Shown here: one piece after another, positions 58,464 through 64,000 of the stretch
Numbering within the stretch: position 1 is the stretch's first letter
How the letters are laid out: each line of letters opens with the position of its first letter
From: Bdellovibrionales bacterium
GTDB lineage: Bacteria; Bdellovibrionota; Bdellovibrionia; Bdellovibrionales; UBA1609
Length of the DNA: 64,000 bases
Direction of reading: 5' to 3'
Assembly: GCA_965219095.1 (NCBI GenBank)
Contig: CBDCMT010000001.1
Coordinates: forward strand, 1,280,001 to 1,344,000
The notes under the pieces: model-generated
Seen by the model: the letters and a program-made list of their open reading frames with translations, nothing else
Database searches by the model: none
Told to the model about the DNA's origin: nothing
Position numbers and translations under genes: made by a program

Positions 58464-59534
58464 TTATTTTCTTGCACAACTGTAATTTATAGTATAGGAG
58501 CCAGGATTAAGATGTGTTTCAAAAGTGATCTTGTCTTTATCTTGATTCAAAGTAAATTTGACTTGAGGATTAGGCTTGATTTCAATATCATCTTTAAAGT
58601 CACCATTGTCGTTGACATCTACAGACGAACATTCTAGAAAGATCTTTCTTGTAAGATCCTTTATAGACTCTGTAATCCCATCTAAAACTGTTGTGTAATC
58701 AAGACTACAAATATTTAGAATTTTCCCTGGAAGAATACCGTTTATAGGATCATTTGTATTTGATAACATTTCATAAAATCTTCCTTTCGCTGTTGTGTTT
58801 CTGCAAGATTCTTGAGAGGGGCTAACAATAGAATGAAACTGAAAAACTTTACTGTTTCCAAGAATAGCAACTTTTCTACTGATAAATTTTTGAACCAAAG
58901 AGGGAGATCCGTTAGATTCATCATTATCTGATATAAGAATGGAAATAAAATGAGCGTCTAGTCTTAAAAGATCATTTTGTGGGTATCTATCTTTATTCTC
59001 AAGAAAATTAATTAATGACTTTATACCTTGGTGTTCAGAAAATGGCTTAACAGATAAAATGGTCTGCTCTAGTATTTCTTGTTTTTTTCTATCAGAATAA
59101 GAATCTTGGTTCTTTAAAACGTATTTTTTAAAGTTTGATTCATTCCAAATTAAAGGCGTCATATTATAATTATTATATGCACCATTTGTAGACTGAATAG
59201 CAATCCTCCAATCTATGTTGTCTGCATTGAGTTTTTGAATGAATATGTTGATTCTATTAGATAAATGTTTTCTTTCATTCCGCATAGAACCCGAAGCATC
59301 AATGATAAATAAAAAATCAACAGGAACGGTTTCTTTGATCGTAAAGCTTTTTATTTTTTCTACAAAATCATGAGTGGCTTGAAGATCAAGTTCGACCCTT
59401 GTTGTATTTTCTGCCTTATCGTCATTTCTTTGCCCAAAATTGGTTTCAGAACATGAATTAAATAAAAAGGGTAAAGGAATGGATAAGATGATAAGAAAAC
59501 TTATGAAAATCTTTCTTATATGAATCTTTTTCAT
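58464..59534 (-). CDS. vWA-domain lipoprotein
   Basis: Signal peptide ending F-N-S-C, MIDAS-like VDFLFIIDASGSM and ISDNDE, paired Cys. Confidence 0.8.
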   Translation of the reverse strand: MKKIHIRKIFISFLIILSIPLPFLFNSCSETNFGQRNDDKAENTTRVELDLQATHDFVEKIKSFTIKETVPVDFLFIIDASGSMRNERKHLSNRINIFIQKLNADNIDWRIAIQSTNGAYNNYNMTPLIWNESNFKKYVLKNQDSYSDRKKQEILEQTILSVKPFSEHQGIKSLINFLENKDRYPQNDLLRLDAHFISILISDNDESNGSPSLVQKFISRKVAILGNSKVFQFHSIVSPSQESCRNTTAKGRFYEMLSNTNDPINGILPGKILNICSLDYTTVLDGITESIKDLTRKIFLECSSVDVNDNGDFKDDIEIKPNPQVKFTLNQDKDKITFETHLNPGSYTINYSCARK

Positions 59535-59605
59535 ATCTTCTTTTTCGACAGAAATGTCTCAAACCTTTAGTCTAAACCTTGTGTTTGTTTCTTTATCTTT
59601 GTTCC

Positions 59606-60220
59606 AGCTATGGAGATGCGTCCTATTCCAACACGCACCAGTCCCATCAAGACCAGCTCCTAATGACCGTTTTTGATTCGACTATCCGAGACCTTAATCC
59701 ACCTTTTTTAGAAGACAGATCATCTCATGGTTTTATTCCTTGTTTATCAGGTTCTATCCGACTAACGAGCTTTTTTTTAACTCACCGAAAAGTGATCTGA
59801 GTTTCCTGATAAACCGAACGATCTAAATCATCACTGTTGCTTGCCATCCTCTTCGGCATTTTTTTACTTTTCTTTAGAGGTTGTTTTATTTTTTTGTTTT
59901 TTTGTCATATCTTTTTTAAGTTTTTTGTCTCATCTTTATTTCTATTTCTATCACTCAGCTATCCGTGTCTACAGCAGGAGGATTATGTCACCATCTTACC
60001 TTCTGCCCACATCCCATCTGGACTTCATTAACTTATACATTCAGTTGTCGAGCCCGAAGCTCATGGATTAAATACCTCCTTAACATCTCACACCCACTTC
60101 TCGTAATTGAACCTAACCTCTTCATCTCTCCACTTGAAAATTCCCTAGGAATTAAACCTAAATAACTTCCCCACTTATGAGCATCCGGAAAACGAGACAT
60201 TTCATCAAGAACTGCTATTA
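59606..60220 (-). mobile_element. Cryptic IS110-family (IS1111-like) remnant: transposase fragment plus noncoding end
   Basis: Minus strand 60219-60061 translates IAVLDEMSRFPDAHKWGSYLGLIPREFSSGEMKRLGSITRSGCEMLRRYLIH; continues upstream at 62800-62819 across the IS982 insertion. Confidence 0.82.
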
Positions 60221-62794
60221 ACCCGAGTTTCGACTTTTTTCAGGGCTAAAGGCTCTAGCTAATATAAACAAATACCTCAGACTTTTGTAAGATTTTCTTG
60301 AAAAAGCAACTTACAAGAAAAAACACCTTGAGAGTTATAAAAAAACATACAAGGAGGTCTAAGATGTTTAATTCTAATTATATCATATCAATTTATGTTC
60401 TTGTCGATGATTTTTTAACCCCTCTCATACAGCAGCATCCAGAACTGGTTTGCTAAAAATAAAGGAGGTTTTTCTTGTGCTATGTCTCCCAGCGAAATTG
60501 TCACTCTTTATCTTACTTTTCCAAAGTTCTGGCTTTAGGAATTTGCCTCCTCAAAAGAATCTGTGGGTTCCCGGAGGTTCTGGCAGTTTTCCAAGGTTAT
60601 GATATAAGGCGATTTTTATAGCTTTAGAGGTTCTAAAGCCGTAAGATTTTCTCATAGTGAGTTTTACTTTGTTGTTTAAACCCTCTACAATCCCTGAGGA
60701 GAAGGTTTTTTTAGCCTTGAAGTAATTAAGAATAAGTAGCTTATGTCTTCGTATGGTTTTTGCTTCTCTTTTCATAGGTTCAATTTTTGAAAGCATGACT
60801 CGTCTCGTCCAACTGTCTATAAATTTACCAGCCCAAGTTGGTGAAACATAGGTCCATAACTGTCGGAAGTCTTCTTTTAAAAAATAACAGCGGATACTTT
60901 TTAAATTGTACTGTATTAAATGCCTTAATTTTACTTTTTCATAAGATTTTAAATTTTCTGCATTTTTTAACAAGGGCCATCTAGCTTTTGTTAAAAGGGG
61001 TTCATACCCATCTTCTTTCATTTTTTTGTGTTCTGAAGCTCTCACTTCGTCTAAAGCCTTATTGAGTCTTGCTACGATATGAAACCGATCTAATATATTC
61101 AAAGCTTGACTTGCCCTTTCCTTTATTACTTTTAAATAGGGCTTCCACATATCAGAACACACAAACTGTATATCTTTTGACTTCTCTCCTAGTAAATCAA
61201 AAAACTTGTTGAAACTCTCCTCTGTTCTTTTTTCTCCTATCCATAGCAAACGAACACTTTCTTTGCTTATTTCATAGACTAAGGTGAGATACTGATGGTT
61301 CTTTTTCCATTGTATTTCATCTACACCTATAGCTTGTATTCCCTTTAAAACCCTTTGTTTTAAACCATATTCTACGACCCATTCTACCAAAGCATAGACC
61401 TGATTCCAACTGACATGAAACTTACAAGAAACCTCTTTCCAAGACAGGTGACGACACCAGTCAGCTAAGTACTTCATGTAAAAAATTGTTAGGTTTTTCT
61501 TCCCATCTGCCCAAGGTAAATACTCAACTTTTACTCCACAGCAAGAACAATTAACTCTTCTTACAAAATAAACAAAAAACACCCTGTAACTTAAAATAGG
61601 AAGGGATTCAAAGTCCCGTGATGATTTACTGCTGTCATACACTGAACAGGGCTTCTTACAAACACTACAAAAAGCTTGGCCATTTTTACGAGCCTTAATA
61701 GGAACATTAATTGACTTTCTATCTTTTGAAAAATAAATGTCTCCGTATACAAAAGACTTCCATCTTAAACAATCATTTAGTATAGTCTTCAAAAGCATCT
61801 CTTCCCTCCTTTTTTTTTTTTTTTGAATAACATTTTAAGGCATCTGGGAAGTAGGTGCTTCTTTTTTAAAATTTTAATGTAACACAGCAAATAAAAGCAA
61901 ATAAAATGAATGTTTTTGAGTTCAATCACCGGAGGTGATAGAGGCCAGTAAGGGCCTCAAAGAACTCAAAAATACAAGATAGAATGTCTTACTCTTACTT
62001 TGATTAATATGAGCTCTTTTGGGGGATTTCTACTACTTTTCACCCACAGATTCCCGGGAGGAGCCAGGAATTTTAAAGCCTTTTACCAGTTTGCAAAAGT
62101 CTATCTTAAATCTTATTTTCCTAAAATGTTGTCTTACTCCCGATTTGTGAACATCAAAAAAGACATGGCTTTTTTGATGTTTCTTTTCTTGACAAGCCTT
62201 ATGAGTAAAACCACCGGCATATCATTTATTGATTCCACATCGATTTTTCTTCAAAAATAAAAGAATAGGACAAAATAAGGTGTTTCAAAAGTTAGCTAAA
62301 AAGAGGCAAAAGTAGTATGGGCTGGTTCTTCGGATTTAAACTCCATATTGTTATCAATCACCTAGGAGAGCTTTTAAGTTTTACCTTAACTCCGGGAAAT
62401 GTAGATGATCGAAAGCTAAGTTATGGATTTATAGTAAAGGGCTGATGGGAAAACTCTTTGGGGACAGAGGTTATATTTCATCAGATCTTTTTAAACTTCT
62501 TTTAAAGAAGGGAGTTAAGCTTATTACAAACGTCAAATTAAATATGGAGAATAAATTGATTCCCTTATTTGACAAGTTGATGTTGAAAAAACGTTCTGTT
62601 GTGGAGGTTAGTGATTGGAGTGTTAAAAGGAGAGTTTCATCTTGAGCATTCTCGCCATCGTAGCCCACAAAACTTTGTCATCAATCTTTTAGGTACTCTC
62701 ATCTCTTACTTGCTTAAAACCTAAAAAACCCTCCATTCAACTTAAAACTCAAAACAGGAGCTTCTGAACAATATATAAAAGTCGAAACTCGGGT
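60221..62794 (+). mobile_element. IS982-family element, degenerate, interrupted by ISL3
   Basis: IRs ACCCGAGTTTCGACTTTT, 5-bp duplication TATTA; fragments SYSRF, FIDST, GWFFGFKLH, GNVDDR and LFGDRGYIS. Confidence 0.88.
60545..62065 (-). mobile_element. ISL3-family element with intact transposase (60551..61798)
   Basis: IRs, 8-bp duplication AGGAATTT, 415-aa ORF. Confidence 0.95.
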
Positions 62795-62819
62795 TATTAA
62801 TAAAATTGAAGTCAAAGAC

Positions 62820-64000
62820 TGAACTTCCCCCAAAAAAGTGGACAGTTTTTATGTTCTTAAAGCCCTCCTTTGTTTAAATTCTTTTGGGCTCATGTATTTC
62901 AAGGAAGAATGCATTCTTACCTTGTTATACCAATCCATGTAAATTGCAATTTTTTTTTCCAACTCTTCCTTTGTTGTACAGTCTTTGTATTCCAGTTCAT
63001 CCTTCAACGTATGGAAAAAGCTCTCCACAAACGCATTATCATAACAATTTCCTTTCCTAGACATAGATTGCTTGAGGCCAAAGAATTTCAATTCTTTTCT
63101 AAACCCTTCACAACAATATTGAACCCCTTGATCCGAGTGGATTATCAAGCCCTCTAAGTTCCCAGAAACAGATTGGACTGCGGCTCTCAGAGCCTGTTTT
63201 GAATGAACCCCGTCCAAGCTCTCACAGAGCTTCCAAGACTTAATCTCTCGATTATAGACATCTAAAAATACAACCAAATACAGAAATTTATCTCTAAAAG
63301 GAATATAGGTTAAATCCGAACACCATACCTGGTTTTCTTTTCCTGCTTGGCTCTGTCCTGTCTTAAACAACCGAGGAGACTTAATCATGAGAGGGTTATT
63401 CTTTGTTGTTCTAGGAACATAGGGTTTTTTCTGACGGGCACTGAGATTCTTTAGTTTCATAATTCGAGCTACTTTGTTTTCTCCAGCACTCACTCCGCAA
63501 CGCTTTAATTCCCTATACACCCTGGGGGAACCATAACAGCCTTTATTTTTTTTAAAAATAGATTCTATGTTTTTCTCCAGATTTTTATCCTTTTCAAGCT
63601 TTCCCCTGGTTTTTAAAAAACTATAAAAACCAGAACGAGATCCTCTTAATAATTCGCAAATGCGAAGCACTGGATGCCCTTTCTCTTTTACATAAAACAT
63701 AGCCTTAAATCTCATTTCAGGATTTCCTTTGAAAAAAAAGCCGCTGCCTCTTTCAATATACCTACACTCCGCCTCTCATAGACCAGCTCCTTTTTTAACC
63801 TCTTTATTTCCTCCAATGCCGAAGCCAAGTCATGGGAAGCTTGTCTTTCTACTTCAGGCTTTAGAAAACGCTTCCAAGAGCTTATCACTTGGAAATTTCT
63901 CAGTCCTAGCTTCTCTGAGGCTTCCTTTGCACCTATTTCCTCTGCCAATTCAATGGCTTGCTTTTTAAACTCTTCCGAGTACTGTTTTACTTTTTCCATT
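62820..64000 (-). mobile_element. Second IS3 copy, running off the window
   Basis: Near identical to 40238-41488; ORFs 62849..63715 and 63712..63999. Confidence 0.95.

Noticed and set aside
59606..60062. Group II intron or retron RNA
   Set aside because: No reverse transcriptase in the window and no recognisable domain V; the IS110 context explains it better
59579..60165. Four short plus-strand ORFs
   Set aside because: Low-complexity shadows of the minus-strand IS110 remnant and its noncoding region
1274..63968. Numerous short ORFs antisense to or overlapping transposases and housekeeping genes
   Set aside because: They overlap well-supported genes and have no motifs of their own

Overview
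AT-rich bacterial chromosome segment in which roughly half the bases (about 33 kb by my tally) are insertion-sequence DNA from at least nine families: IS630 (three distinct types), IS1634 (several types), ISL3, IS5, IS66, IS3, IS256, IS982 and a cryptic IS110/IS1111 remnant. Many elements are nested up to three deep, truncated or frameshifted. Between them are intact housekeeping islands: an Rrf2 regulator with a probable sufB start, tRNA-Ser and tRNA-Arg, aroA/aroB/ung/amino-acid symporter/ABC ATPase, glpD-mreB, and menB-menA-menC-menE with rsmJ-like and Na/Pi-family genes. Accessory genes include a vWA lipoprotein, a type IV pilin, an orphan DNA methyltransferase, a coiled-coil/PD-(D/E)XK protein and a secreted ankyrin-repeat gene split by three nested IS. 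The gene content suggests (inference only) a Bdellovibrionota-like, possibly host-associated organism undergoing IS expansion. The most notable signals are absent from the ORF track: a three-way-junction structure in the ISL3 leader with a compensatory base-pair change between copies, an IS110/IS1111 remnant keeping structured noncoding regions resembling bridge/seek guide RNAs, a structured 122-bp MITE-like repeat, and a pilin whose start is out of frame across an (AG)7 tract.
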